64,000 nt of DNA from Octopus vulgaris (GCA_951406725.2 OX597824.1:27776001-27840000), one strand, 5' to 3'. Positions 1-13,885 are shown, counted from the stretch's first letter. The notes: a model not told the origin generated them from the sequence alone. Numbers and translations: made by a program.

Positions 1-179
1 TGTATGTAGCGTATGCTATATATATATATATATATATATATAGCATATTGGCAAAGAAAACATTTACTTTTCCGTTATTTATAATTGTAATTATAATTTT
101 CACCGTAAAAGGTATTTTTCACATGTTGGCTACAGATAAAGTTTTTTAATAAAACTTTATCCTTATATTAGAAGTACAG

Positions 180-281
<102 letters not shown>

Positions 282-733
282 GTATATATGCATGTATGTA
301 TCTATGTAAGTAGGTGTGTTTCCGAGTGTGTGTGTGCGTATGTGTGTATGCATATGCATATATATATATGCACGTGTAATATGAGACGTGAAGAAAATTA
401 GATATACGGAGAGAGATTATGAGCTGTGAATGAGGTGCTGGTGGGGAGAGAATCGGTTTTCTATCCTGGACAAAATTTTATTTATCTTCACACCAGCGAC
501 ATAAGCCATTTAACATGTTTGATAAATCAATACTTTAAAACAATTAAGAACCCAAACTGAAGCACACACATATGCTACTCGTATTTGAAGAGCGACAAAC
601 ATACGCATAATTGCATACATGCGTGTGTGAGTGTTTGTATATATGCATATCATTAAATATACATATATATATATGAGTGTGTGAATTTGTATCTGTGTCT
701 GTATATTTGTGCATGCGTATGTGCATATGTATA

Positions 734-779
<46 letters not shown>

Positions 780-797
780 CATATGTATGTATATATA

Positions 798-908
<111 letters not shown>

Positions 909-1356
909 ACATAGATGATAAATTATGCGAGTGTGTAGGGAGGGAAGTTGTGTTCTAGATGCATTTCATGAGATTCTAAAGCCACCTCATACGGTTTTCT
1001 ATTTATTTAAACGTCTGGAACCATATTTCCATAATACATTTCCAAATGTAAAAATATTTAAACAACAAATAGAAAAAAATCATTTAATAATCTTAATCTA
1101 TTCATATATCAACATTTTCTTTCCTCTGTGCAAAGAGAGACGATTGTAGGCAGACACACAATTCCCCCCACACTCAGAAACACACACACACACATACACA
1201 CACACACACACAAACACACGCATAAACACGCACATACACTCACACATGTTTATATATTATGCATGTATCGATGCATCTGTATATTGTTGAGGCAAACCAA
1301 ATCTATTACAAAATATTTTCTGCTGAAAATGAATGAAAATAATACAAAAGAATTAT

Positions 1357-1404
1357 AGTTATATTAGTATATACTGCAAGAATGCAGTATATACTAATAT
1401 AACT
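1357..1404. repeat. Perfect 22-bp-arm inverted repeat (hairpin/cruciform)
   Basis: agttatattagtatatactgca-agaa-tgcagtatatactaatataact; the arms are exact reverse complements. Confidence 0.9.
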
Positions 1405-2037
1405 GCAGTCTAACCTCGAATGATGAATAACATTGGACAATTTAATAAAATATTGCATGTTTATTAAACTTTACAGAGGGGCAAAGAATTTTAAGCATGG
1501 AATATAGAAAAAGAAAAAAATGTGAAAATTGAAACAGACAATTGTGAAGTGAATGTGGATGTTAAATATTACACTTTTTAACACGTTTAGCAGTTGAGTT
1601 GGCCTTTTATTGTTGAGAGGTTAAAAGCCTGTGTGTGAATAGCTGAAAAATGTTTCCTGACCACAATCTTTGTAAAATTTTTATTATATTTGGTATGACA
1701 TAATTAATACAAAATTTCTAATTTTTCGTAGCGAATATGTGTCCAATATAAACAGAAATAAACTCTCAAATCAAGTAATAGAATTTAGTCTCCCACATGT
1801 ATTCGTCAAATCAAAACATACAAACATTGCAAAAATTCTTTGTTCGAAATACGTCTGCTCCATAAGCAATTTTAATTTGATTTCCCTGTTTATGCGCATC
1901 AGATTCGAAGAGCTAAGTATTCTAAAACCATTCACTTCATGACATTTCGTAGAAAATCGGCAGGAGTGAACTCTCTTGCATTTGCAAAGTTTGCTAAAAC
2001 AATATTTCAACAATATACATGCACAAATACATAGATA

Positions 2038-2080
<43 letters not shown>

Positions 2081-2172
2081 ATACAACCAGAGGTATGTGT
2101 GTGTATGTACGTATGCTGCTATAGAGAGACTCACAAAGACATGGACAACAATTCTTACCCTTACGACATACA

Positions 2173-2208
<36 letters not shown>

Positions 2209-2212
2209 TATA

Positions 2213-2425
2213 ACGGGAAGCTTTATGAAAATAAACAAAAGACGAAGGCAGGTGGAATACAAACAAACAATTGTATTAGTATGGCGCTCAGGAATATAAA
2301 TAAAACAAATCTTTTACGTTTCGAGCCTACGCTCTTCAACAGAAAGATACACAGAAAAGAAACACGGAGAGAAACAAGGAGAGAGAAAAAATGCATGCAA
2401 AAGCTAGCGAATCAACATGGCATTA
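2213..2425 (-). mobile_element. Penelope-like element pseudo-LTR fragment
   Basis: Short unique segment between (TA)n/(CA)n tracts carrying a minimal hammerhead motif on the minus strand. Confidence 0.55.
2309..2348 (-). ncRNA. Minimal hammerhead ribozyme-like motif (PLE type, core variant)
   Basis: Minus strand: ATCTTT-CTGTTGA-a-GAGC-gtag-GCTC-GAAA-CG-TA-AAAGAT. Stem I atcttt/aaagat, stem II gagc/gctc, palindromic ACGT stem III, GUA site; core has A6->U. Confidence 0.6.
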
Positions 2426-2431
2426 ATACAT

Positions 2432-2469
<38 letters not shown>

Positions 2470-2922
2470 GTGTGTGTATGTATTTAATTATGTATGTATG
2501 TATGTATGTATGTATGTATGTATGTATGTATGTATGTATGTATGTATGTATGTATGTATGACATATGTTTCAGGGACGAAGCTTCCATTAACTCTAAAAT
2601 AATTCCGTTGCTTTCATTGCTTTGAACCTTTATTTAAATCTCTGATGCAACCCGGTCTACATCGCCTGTACGGTTGAAATGATTCAACTGACTGATCTTA
2701 TTGCAATTATCTCCCATTCTTTGCAATTTCTTTTTCAGATTGTTACCACATCGAGTGGGAGGATCTGCTCACTAATTGCTTTGATATTCTCAACTGGTCG
2801 CAGACTTTCAGCTCATTAAAACGACTTATGTTACGCCGTACCCTGTTTGTAAAAATAAATCTTCTCGTATAGCGATGTATTATTAACCTTATCTCTGGTC
2901 ACCGTATGTATTTATTACTTTC

Positions 2923-2952
2923 TTATTATTATTATTATTATTATTATTATCA

Positions 2953-3029
<77 letters not shown>

Positions 3030-3054
3030 TTTACGATTGTCATTATTATTATTA

Positions 3055-3097
<43 letters not shown>

Positions 3098-3106
3098 TAC
3101 TATTAC

Positions 3107-3150
<44 letters not shown>

Positions 3151-3300
3151 CTATTATTATTATTATCATTATTATTATTATTATCATTATTATTGTTATT
3201 TTTATTATTATTACTATTATTATCATTATTATTAATATTATTAATATTATTATTATTATTATTATTATTATCATTATTATTATTATTATTATTATTGTTA

Positions 3301-3350
<50 letters not shown>
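2923..3350. repeat. (TTA)n microsatellite
   Basis: ~430 bp of interrupted TTA repeats. Confidence 0.95.
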
Positions 3351-4175
3351 CTCTTTAATACATTTGTCATTGTAATCTTTAATTAACCTGTTAGTTTTCT
3401 CTACTTACAGACAATCATCCCTTATCTCTGAAAGCATTTTATATCTTGCCCCTCTCTACTTCAGCCAGCCACCTATTCACATAGACATTTCCGAACAAAT
3501 CAATACTTATCTCGCGAGATAAGTTAATTTCGCTCACTAAACATCAAAGGTAAACTGATGTCTGTGTTTCCTTGCAAGTGTCGTAAATACAAAGGATTTA
3601 CGACACTCGATAATACCTAGAAGACGTCTTTTTTTTAAATATATTGATGTCACGTGTGTTGCACATACATACATGCATACATATATAAATACATACATAC
3701 ATACATACATACATACATACATACACACACGCACAAACATACATATGTATGTATATGCGTGTGTGTGTGTATGAGTGTGTATTTATATACATACATACAT
3801 ACATACATGTATATACGTATTTATAAATGCACATATATATACATATGCATATATATACATACATAGATACATACATATATATAGATAGATAGAGAGATAG
3901 ATATACATACATATGTATATATATTCGTACGTAAATAAATCTAAAATATTTTTTTTCTTGCATATAATCATAAATATAAATATTTATGTGCACATGTGTG
4001 TTTGTATGTATGTATGTATGTATGTATGTATGTATCTATATATATATATATAATCACTTATATGCATATATATATTTAAGTCTCTCTCTCTTTGTCTCCC
4101 TCTTCCTCTCTCCTTCGTCTCCATCTTCGTCTCTCACTCTCTCTATTTATTCATATATATTCATAACTACGTACC

Positions 4176-4216
<41 letters not shown>

Positions 4217-4293
4217 CATATATATTTATATATACGTATATACATATATGTTTGTATATAAAACCCAAATATATATATTTATATATGTATGGA

Positions 4294-4339
<46 letters not shown>

Positions 4340-4351
4340 GGTACATATACA

Positions 4352-4402
<51 letters not shown>

Positions 4403-4403
<1 letters not shown>

Positions 4404-4463
4404 ATTGTTTTTGTTTCAGCACACGATCTCAGATCAAATCACTTGCTGTGCGAGTACATCTCC

Positions 4464-4551
<88 letters not shown>

Positions 4552-4553
4552 TA

Positions 4554-4625
<72 letters not shown>

Positions 4626-4684
4626 AGATGTACTCGCATAGCAAGTGATTTGATCTGAGATCATGTGCTGAAACGAAAACAATT
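4403..4684. repeat. Inverted repeat, ~62-bp arms around a (TA)n/(TG)n spacer
   Basis: 4403-4464 (aattgtttttgtttcagcacacgatctcagatcaaatcacttgctgtgcgagtacatctcct) is the reverse complement of 4623-4684 with a few mismatches. Confidence 0.85.
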
Positions 4685-4987
4685 GCAGCGTGGAAGGTGT
4701 TTGTAAGCCATTTAAGAAACACACAAAAGCCGTTCGATTCACTGCAATTGTATATATATATATTCATAATACTTGAGTCGTTCTGCCTTCTCTCTGACTG
4801 AATATGATGTTTTGGTGCTCTAAACGTATTCTATCTTTATATTTTAATTTTATACATAGTATTTCATACAATTTCATACATATGACCGTGTTCCACTATA
4901 TTTATTTTTCTGCTACTGCTACTACTACTGCTGCATCATCAACAACACCATCATTAGTAGCATCATCATCTTCCTTATCTTCTTATT

Positions 4988-5034
<47 letters not shown>

Positions 5035-5404
5035 GTCTTCTTCTTCTTCTTCGATTCCTGGATCAGGCGCGGCGTTGTGTTTTTGAGCAAAAAACTTCAT
5101 TTTACCGCGCCGCATTCCACTCAGCTATAAATGAGTATGCGGATGATGGAATGGCGTCCAGCTTCAGATGGAGTTTCGCGAACACCGTTGAGATAGAATA
5201 ACCCCAAGGTGCTGTCCAGAATTTTAGGATGATAATAGACAAGAGTAACAGATTAATAATAGTGACTGTTTCTCTCTGGAAACTTGGAGAGCTATAAAAA
5301 TCGCCGCAAAATATTTACCCTTCCAATGTAATTTCCGAATCTACATTTTTCTGTTGCTGCTTTAACTAATTAATTAATTAGTCACTCTGTAGTGGATTTC
5401 TCTG

Positions 5405-5630
5405 CGAGTGCTCATAGTTAAGTGGTTAGGGATATTCGATTCATGATCGTAATGTCATGAGTTCAATTCTCCGCGGAGTGTTATGTCTTTGATCAAGATG
5501 CTCTATTCCCCATGTTCCAGAGCACTCAGCTGGCAAAAATGAGTTGTACCTGTATTTCAAAGGGGCAGCCTTGTCACATTTTGTTTAACGGATCAACAGG
5601 AGCGCTTGTCATCGTAACTGACCAGAGTAC
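5405..5630 (+). mobile_element. Degenerate tRNA-headed SINE with CORE-like central domain
   Basis: A/B-box-like motifs (agtggttaggg; gagttcaattc), then ttgatcaagatgc...ctcagctggcaaaaatgag; tail ttcaaaggggcagccttgtcac shared with 28190-28350 and with the element at 14864-15252. Confidence 0.5.
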
Positions 5631-5844
5631 CATTATACGGGCTTCCTATACTTACGAAATCACCTCAATGTTGAAAAACTGCCCGATGTTACAGTAAATC
5701 GTTCATCATCTACCAAATATATTTCATGACATTTCAATGTGATTTAACGTCAATAATATATTAGTTTCAAATTTTTGCACAAAATTAGCAAGTTTCGGGA
5801 AGTGGGTAAGTTCATACATCCACCACAGTGCTCAGCTGTATATT

Positions 5845-6209
5845 TTACTCTCTTGTACTAGTTTCAGCCATTTCACTGCGGCCGTGCTGGAGCAACGCCT
5901 AAGTCGAGCAAATCGACTCCAGGGCTTATTCTTTGTAAGCGTAGTACTTATTCTATCGGTCTCTTTTGTTGAACTTCTAAGTTACGGAGACGTAAGCACA
6001 CCAGCATCGGTTGTCAAGCGATGTTGTGGGACAAACACAGACACACAATCTCTCACACACACACATATATATATATACGACGGGCTTCTCTCAGTTTCCG
6101 TCTACCAAATCCCCTCACAAGGCTTTGGTCGGCATGAGGCTATAGTAGAAGACACTTGCCCAAGGTGCCACGCAGTGGAACTGGACCCGGAACCATGTGG
6201 TTTGTAAGT
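5845..6209 (-). mobile_element. SINE family A (tRNA-derived, internal microsatellite), 5'-truncated
   Basis: Matches full copies at 11175-11616 and 38909-39363. Confidence 0.85.
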
Positions 6210-6221
6210 ACGTACATTAAA

Positions 6222-7295
6222 AAGGCAGCAAGCAGGCGGAATCGTTAGCACGTCGGGCAAAATGCTCAATGGCATTTCGTCAGTCGTCATATTCTGAGTT
6301 CAAATCCCTTCAAAATTGAATTTGGCTTTAAAACTTTCGCAGTCGATAAAATAAGTGCCAGTCATAGACTGATGGCGATAAAATCGACTGAACCCCTCTC
6401 TCAAAATTTCAGCCCTTGTGCCTATACTAGAAAGGATTATACGAAGTCGGTGAGCGGGGCGAAACGTTAGCACGCCGAGTGAAATACTTTTCCTATTTCG
6501 TCTGTCTTTACGTTCTGAGTTCAAATTCCGCCGAGGTTGACTTTGCTTTTTATCCTTTCGGGGTCGATAAATTAAATACCATTTACGCACTGGGGTCGAT
6601 GTAATCGACTTAATCCCTTTGTCTGTCTTTGTCTGTCCCCTCTATGTTTAGTCCCTGTGGGCAGCAAATAAATAAGAAACATTAGCACGCCGGGCGAAAT
6701 GCTTAGCGTATTTCGTCTGTCTTTACGTTCTGAATTCAAATTCCGCCGAAGTCGACTTTGCTTTTCATCCTTTCGGGGTTGATAAATTAAGTACCAGTTC
6801 CGTACTGGAGTCGATCTAATCGATTGGCCCGCTCCCCCAAAATTTCGGGCCTTGTGCCTAGAGCAGAAAAGTATCATCAGCTCGCCGGGAAAAATGCTTA
6901 GTGGCGGCACTTCGTCTTAACGTTTTGAGTTCAAACTCCTCCGACTTTCACATTCCCGTCATTCTTTGGAAGGTCTATAAAATAAGTACCAGTTGAGGAA
7001 TGGGGTCGATGTAATCGACTTAGCTCTTACTTTCAAAGTTTAGGCCTTGTGGCCACAGAAGAAAGGAACGTTAGTATTATTGAAGGCGGCAAACTACAAG
7101 TCTCGTTAACACGCCAGGCAAAACACTTAGCCGCATTTTGTCCATCTTTACGTTCTAAGTACAAAATTCCGTCGAGGTCAACTTTTCATCCTTTTAATGG
7201 TCGATAAAATAAGTACAAGCTGAGCACCGGGATCGATGAAATTAACTTACTCCCTCCTCGAAAATGCTGGCATTGTGTTAAAATTTGAAACCAAT
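6222..7295 (+). mobile_element. Head-to-tail cluster of ~6 SINE family B copies (Nin-domain-like)
   Basis: Repeated gttagcacgccgggcgaaatgcttagc...gagttcaaattccgccgaggtcgactttgcctttcatcctttcggggtcgataaattaagtacc units; B box GAGTTCAAAT; central motif resembles the Nin-SINE domain. Confidence 0.8.
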
Positions 7296-7742
7296 ATTTT
7301 TTCTTTGACTTGCTTTTGTCTATATATCTGTTATTGCTGTTGTTGCTCTTCTTCTTCCTGAAATAAACAGAGGTACGGTCAGAAGTAATAATGGAAGTTT
7401 GTGTCGCTATCAAAATACTTGAAACAAAAGCGTTTAATTTGTCGTGCGATTTAGCGAGACCCATTCAACAGCAAAAATTTGGATGAATACATGAACGCAA
7501 GATGGCCAGCTGAGTTGCTAACTCCTTGAAAAGACGATTGTCCAGTTTGGAGCTTCGTGTCTGTGAAACTGTTATATAGAGAGACGGTACCTACAGCATC
7601 AACTAATGAGGTTATATTGTGCAGGATTGCGTGAGTTGGCTCCTGCTAAACAGTTTGTGCGTGAGATGTGACTCGAGCATGAAAAAGTTGGCAATGATTT
7701 CTATGAATTTTACACACAGAGATATACAGTCACAGACTCACA

Positions 7743-7793
<51 letters not shown>

Positions 7794-7868
7794 GTACAGA
7801 CTCCTATACGTATACACATAAGAATTTAATAGAGGATAAACTGATTTAGGATTTGATAATACACATAT

Positions 7869-7953
<85 letters not shown>

Positions 7954-8606
7954 CACAAAGAGAATGAAAGACACATACGCACACACTCCTACATATATAC
8001 AGATAAAGTCTGACAGGTGCGCGCGTAAAAACACACGCGTGCATACACAGACAGAGACATATATATATATATATAAATGCAAATCTGTTTGTGTGCATTT
8101 GTATATTATGTATTCCCATAGTTTATAAATGACAAATGAGTCAATATGTAAAGAGTAGAGACGAAGTGGTTACCTCTAAGTTATTGCATTTGTAATGTTT
8201 ATAATTATGTAAAGACATAAATATATAGAAATTAAATAAAAAGTTACAAATAAACAACACAGGGACAGAAATAAAAAGAGAGATACAAAAAGAAAAAAAA
8301 CACGGGCAGAGAAAATGCTGAAGACCATAATGTATGTATGTGCGTGTGTATGTATATATATATATATATGTCTGTGTGTGTGTATATATTGTATATATCT
8401 ATCTATATATGTATAAATATATATGTATATATATATATAATTTATATATATATATATATACACACTTGTGTGCGTGTGTGTTCGTAGAGTTAGTCCGTCA
8501 GGAAAGGAAAGAGAAATGACGCAATGCTATACACACACACACACATATATATACACATATATATATATATATAAATATATGTGTGTGTGTGTGTATACGT
8601 ATTTAG

Positions 8607-8662
<56 letters not shown>

Positions 8663-8885
8663 ATACATATTCATGTATATACGTATATATACATGTACGA
8701 ATATATATGTACTTATGCAAATATATTTTTATGGAAATATATATATTTACAAATATATATATATATACGTTTATATATGTATGTATATAAACATATGTAT
8801 ATTTAAAAATACATTTATATACATATATACATATATATATACGTATGTATATAAACACATATATATATACATACACATATGTGTA

Positions 8886-8924
<39 letters not shown>

Positions 8925-9843
8925 ATGTACACACACAAACACACAAACACAACGTATATATCCGTTGTGTATTTGTGTTATCAACTCAATGTGAATATGT
9001 CTGCATCTAAATTATTTGACCATTAGATTACCTGACAGTGCGGCTTGTTGACCTTTCGTTTTAAGATGTGTCTATTATGAGTTTCATCAGCGATATTGAC
9101 ATCAAACAGAGGGGTGGAGTCCTGACTTGTGACGTGTATATACATTTCTAAATAGCATAAATTGGTAATTGATGCTAAAATTTCTGTGGGTAGGGATAGA
9201 AATCAGCTCCCCGTTGTTTACGTGCCATAGAAATCTCCGTGTTAGCGGGTACATCACGTGAACTATAGCAGGGAGATAAAGCAAGAGAGCTATCCGATAT
9301 TTCTAAATGTATGTATATATGTATGTATGTATGCATGTGTGTATACATGTATGCATGCATATATGTATGTATGTATCTTTGTATGAATGTTCTATATCTG
9401 CATGTATGTATGTGTGTATGTGTGCAAGCATCCATGCGTGTATGTATATGTATGTATGTATGTATGCATGTATGAATGTATATACATGTGAATATATGTA
9501 TGTATGTAAGTACGTGAGGATGCATGTATTTGTGTAGTTATGTATGTATATATGAATGTACATATATATGTATGTATGTATGAATGTGTCATTATTCAGC
9601 TTATTTCAAGATTTCTTGCCAATAGAGAAAGAATCGGTTTCTAACCTAGATCCAAGTCTCCTTCATTTGAATTTCAACATCAACGGGGAATCATTGTTGG
9701 TATATATATGTGTATGTATGTTCAGTTTTGTATATCTTATGTATGTATTCTCATGCATATATTTGCATATCTAGACATGCTCATCTATATTTAAATGATA
9801 CACAGCTGGATGTATGTATACGTGTTTGTAAGTCTGAATATAC

Positions 9844-9874
<31 letters not shown>

Positions 9875-10066
9875 TGTATTTATCTATGTATGTATGTATG
9901 TATGTATGTATGTATGTTGTATGTATGTACGCTAGTATCTATATAAGTATGTACACATGTATGTATGTATGTATGTATGCATATATATATATATATGTCT
10001 ATGAATTAAATGACAATCGGTGAGCATACATCTTTCTCGCATTCAATCTTTGTCTCACTGTATTTT

Positions 10067-10124
<58 letters not shown>

Positions 10125-10174
10125 TATATATATATATGTATGTATTCTTTATCAATCTAATGTCTCTTTGCAAT

Positions 10175-10500
10175 GGACGGATAGGTGTCCGCATCTTGTT
10201 TGTTGTTACCACAACGTTTCGGCCTTGTACTCTCCAGCTTTCATCACGTCTTGCGGTGGATTTTCGAGCGTAAGCCATTATTTGACTAATCTAGTGCTCT
10301 GTTCGTATTCTTGACGTATTCTTTTTTGCTGATGATATTTTTATTCTTTTGATATTAGTTCCAAAGTCCCTGCCTAGGATTAAACTCAGGATCCAAGGGT
10401 TAGTAGTAACTTATATGCCTGTAGTGAAGAGTATATCACCTGAAATTCTGTGGTAACCACAAACAAGGTGAGGACATCTATCAGTTCATTGTAAATATTG
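10175..10500 (-). mobile_element. Degenerate Penelope-like pLTR remnant with partial inverted copy
   Basis: Minus strand gTGATGA-aagctgg..aggcc-GAAACGTT; 10175-10213 has a diverged inverted copy at ~10449-10490 (tgtggtaaccacaaacaaggtgaggacatctatc). Confidence 0.45.
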
Positions 10501-10768
10501 TACGTAATAGTGTTTTTTTCCTTTGCGTACCCATGGCTCCTACATCTTCAACAGTACTTGGCCCTGGGTTTCTCTTGGACATCAGTCTGTTATCTTTGTT
10601 TCAGAGTCGAACGGAAAGTCATTTTACACTCATTTCATCTTATTGTAATCACTGATGTATTAATTGTAATCATATGAAAGCCGTTGTGGTTTTAATCATT
10701 ACGATAATTAATATAGATTATTTGTCTAAAATTATAAATAGTCGTTTCCTTTCAAAAATCTATCTATA

Positions 10769-10820
<52 letters not shown>

Positions 10821-10931
10821 AGTCTGTCCATCGATCTATCTATCAACCTGTCTGTCTATCGATCAATCAATCTATCTGTCCATTAACCCGTCCGTATGTC
10901 CGTCGTCTGCCTGCCTATCTGTCTGTCTGTA

Positions 10932-11064
<133 letters not shown>

Positions 11065-11174
11065 AACTAGCTGTCTGTCTGTTTCTCTCTGTCTGTCTGT
11101 CTGTCTAGCTATCTACATATCTATCTATCTATCTATCTATCGATCCATCCATCCATCCATCTCTCTCCCACTAT

Positions 11175-11394
11175 ACTCTTACTCTTTTACTCTTTTACTT
11201 GTTTCAGTCATTTGACTGCGGCCATGCTGGAGCACCGCCTTTAGTCAAACAAATCGACCCCGGGACTTATTCTTTTAAGCCCAGTACTTATTCTATCGGT
11301 CTCTTTTGCCGGACCGCTAGTGACGGGGACGTAAACACACCAGCATCGATTGTCAAGCAATACTAGGGGGACAAACACAGACACACAAACACAA

Positions 11395-11441
<47 letters not shown>

Positions 11442-11616
11442 TATATATATATACGACAGGCTTCTTTCAGTTTCCGTTTACCAAATCCACTCACAAGTCA
11501 TTGGTCGGCCCGGGGCTATAGCAGAAGACACTCGCCCAAGATGCCACGCAGTGGGACTGAACCCGGAACCATGTGGTTTGTAAGCAAGCTACTTACCACA
11601 CAGCCACTCCTGCGCC
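11175..11616 (-). mobile_element. SINE family A, full length
   Basis: Minus strand starts GGCGCAGGAGTGGCTGTGTGGTAAG (A box) and GGTTCAGTCCC (B box), then CORE-like ttgggc(a/g)agtgtctt, an internal (TA)n(TG)n tract and an (AAAAGAGT)n tail. Confidence 0.9.
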
Positions 11617-13023
11617 TATCTCTCTTTCTCTCTCTCTACAAGAAGTAGCAGAAGATGAAGGAAGAGAAAAACATGGAAAGGACAAGAAAAAGAGGAGGAG
11701 GAAAGAGATGAGAGAGATGAGAGGTGGGGTGAACAAGAAGAAAAATAACAAAAGCAAAACTACGAACAAGTAAAGAATGGGATAAAGCTTAAAGATGGCA
11801 AAGACAAACTTGAGGTTCACTGAAGACACAGGAAGGTAATATGTACAGGATTAAAATTCCGAGCCGAAACACTCACGAACAGAGTGAACGAGTGAATGAG
11901 TGCGAAGGAAGGAATGAATATGGTCGAAAGAAATCAAGTAACGACATCATGGTCGTCAAAGTAATCTCATTGTGCGACTTATAAGTCTGATGTCTTTATG
12001 CTTTTAGAGACCGTCTTAACCTAGGCGCTGTTAAAAAAAATATTTCAATTTTTAATTATAATTTTCAACATTTAATAATGAGTTGAGACAATTAAATCAC
12101 ACACACACACACGTCCACATACCCACCCACACACACACACACACATATTTCATAAGAGATACACAGAAGCACGCACACATACATTTACACACATACACAT
12201 ATGGACACTTATATACAAGCAAACATGCATACACGGATATGGAGTCCCTTGATTAATTAAATTTCTAGTTATTGTTCAATAATTATAAAATCATTCACAA
12301 CAAAAGCCACATCAGCTATTCGTTTTCTACATTTTGAGATGGAATAATTCAAAGAACGGCGCCAGGTTATTGATTTGTTGATTCAGGCATTGAATTCTGG
12401 GTGTTAATCTTTAATCCAGTTTTGAAATTATTCAATTTGAACATTTCTTTCAATGTCCCTCACTAAGTACATGAAAAGGTGAAACAATAGAATTATTATT
12501 ATATATAGCTATAGATTCTGGTTTTAGCTATGGAGTCTGGAATTTATGCATAGATATGTTGGGTTTTATTTGTATCTGCTATACACCTCCCCCGCATCTT
12601 TCACTAACGCTTTTGTAATCATAGCTTAATGCTTGCAGTCACAGGATGGCACACGCTCACACACAGAGACGCAAACACATGCACACTGATACATGTATAC
12701 CATTGCACACACATGCACACACAGTACTCTCCTTCCTTTTAAAATTACATATTCTATGTCTCTCCAACTTTCGATCGGTTTATATTTCGGCCATATAAAA
12801 ATCAATTTTACTTTTTCTGCGGAGTATCTGCTCCCTTTTTTCCCCCTCTTTACTGGAATCTTTTTCCCTTTATCCGACCAGGCTCGAAACTTCATTTCCA
12901 ATCCTATATTTTCATCTAAAACTTTCCCAGAGCCTAAATCTCATATATTCATATACTGACGTTTCCTGCTCTTTTTTTTTTGCTTTAATTCATCATGTGC
13001 ATATATGTATATACATGTATATA

Positions 13024-13251
13024 CTTTATTTTAAGCAGCAGAAAATTCAACAAAATCTGTTACTCTGAGTTTCTCGTTGCCGTTCATCAGACAGTTTTTG
13101 CTAGCAAAAACTGTCTGATGAACGGCAACGAGAAACTCAGAGTAACAGATTTTGTTGAATTTTCTGCTGCTTAAAATAAAGCATATTACTCTACCACTGG
13201 TATTTGAGTACTCTTTTTTCCACCTTATTTCACATTTATGTGTTTACTCCG
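13024..13251 (+). mobile_element. Penelope-like pLTR remnant forming a perfect 158-bp palindrome (13024-13181)
   Basis: Exact palindrome centred on gctagc (13100-13105) with ~70 bp of unpaired 3' extension, inserted among TA-rich repeats; contains a hammerhead motif. Confidence 0.75.
13107..13153 (+). ncRNA. Minimal hammerhead ribozyme motif (mirrored on the minus strand at 13052-13098)
   Basis: aaaaCTGT-CTGATGA-a-CG-gcaa-CG-a-GAAA-CTC-a-GAG-TA-ACAG-atttt: intact CUGAUGA/GAAA core, GUA site, palindromic stem III, stem I ctgt/acag; stem II is short. Confidence 0.7.
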
Positions 13252-13255
13252 GTCT

Positions 13256-13336
<81 letters not shown>

Positions 13337-13343
13337 CATATAC

Positions 13344-13375
<32 letters not shown>

Positions 13376-13442
13376 ATATACATATATATATATATGTGTG
13401 TGTGTTTGTGTGTTGTGGGTGCATACGTGCATATACGTATAT

Positions 13443-13677
13443 TCTTTTATTCTTTTACTTCTTTCAGTCATTTGACTGCAGCCATGCTGGACCAGCGCCT
13501 TTAGTCGAGCAAATTGACCCCAGGACTTATTCTTTGTAAGCCTACAACTCATTCTATTGGTCTCTATTGCCGAACTGCTAAGTTACGGGGACGTAAACAC
13601 ACCAGCATCACTTGTGAAGCGATGTTGGGGGGACAAACACAGACACACAGAAACAGAAACACACACACACACACACG

Positions 13678-13769
<92 letters not shown>

Positions 13770-13885
13770 CGATGGGCTTCTTTCCGTTTCCGCCTACCAA
13801 ATCCACTCGCAAGGATTTTTGGTCGGCCCGAGGCTATAGAAGAAGACACTTGCCCAAAGTTCCACGCAGCGGGAATGACCCCGGA

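Noticed and set aside
5884-6207. Recurrent peptides such as [23 protein letters not shown] (apparent CxxCH motif)
   Set aside because: Incidental antisense translation of the SINE A head, recurring wherever the SINE occurs.
6222-7295. Regularly recurring repeats resembling a CRISPR array
   Set aside because: Units are ~200-bp diverged SINEs with no constant repeat/unique spacer layout; eukaryotic context with no cas genes.
9027-9040. 12-nt match (minus strand ACTGTCAGGTAA) to the miR-8/200 family
   Set aside because: Seed and 3' end do not match and no hairpin is evident.
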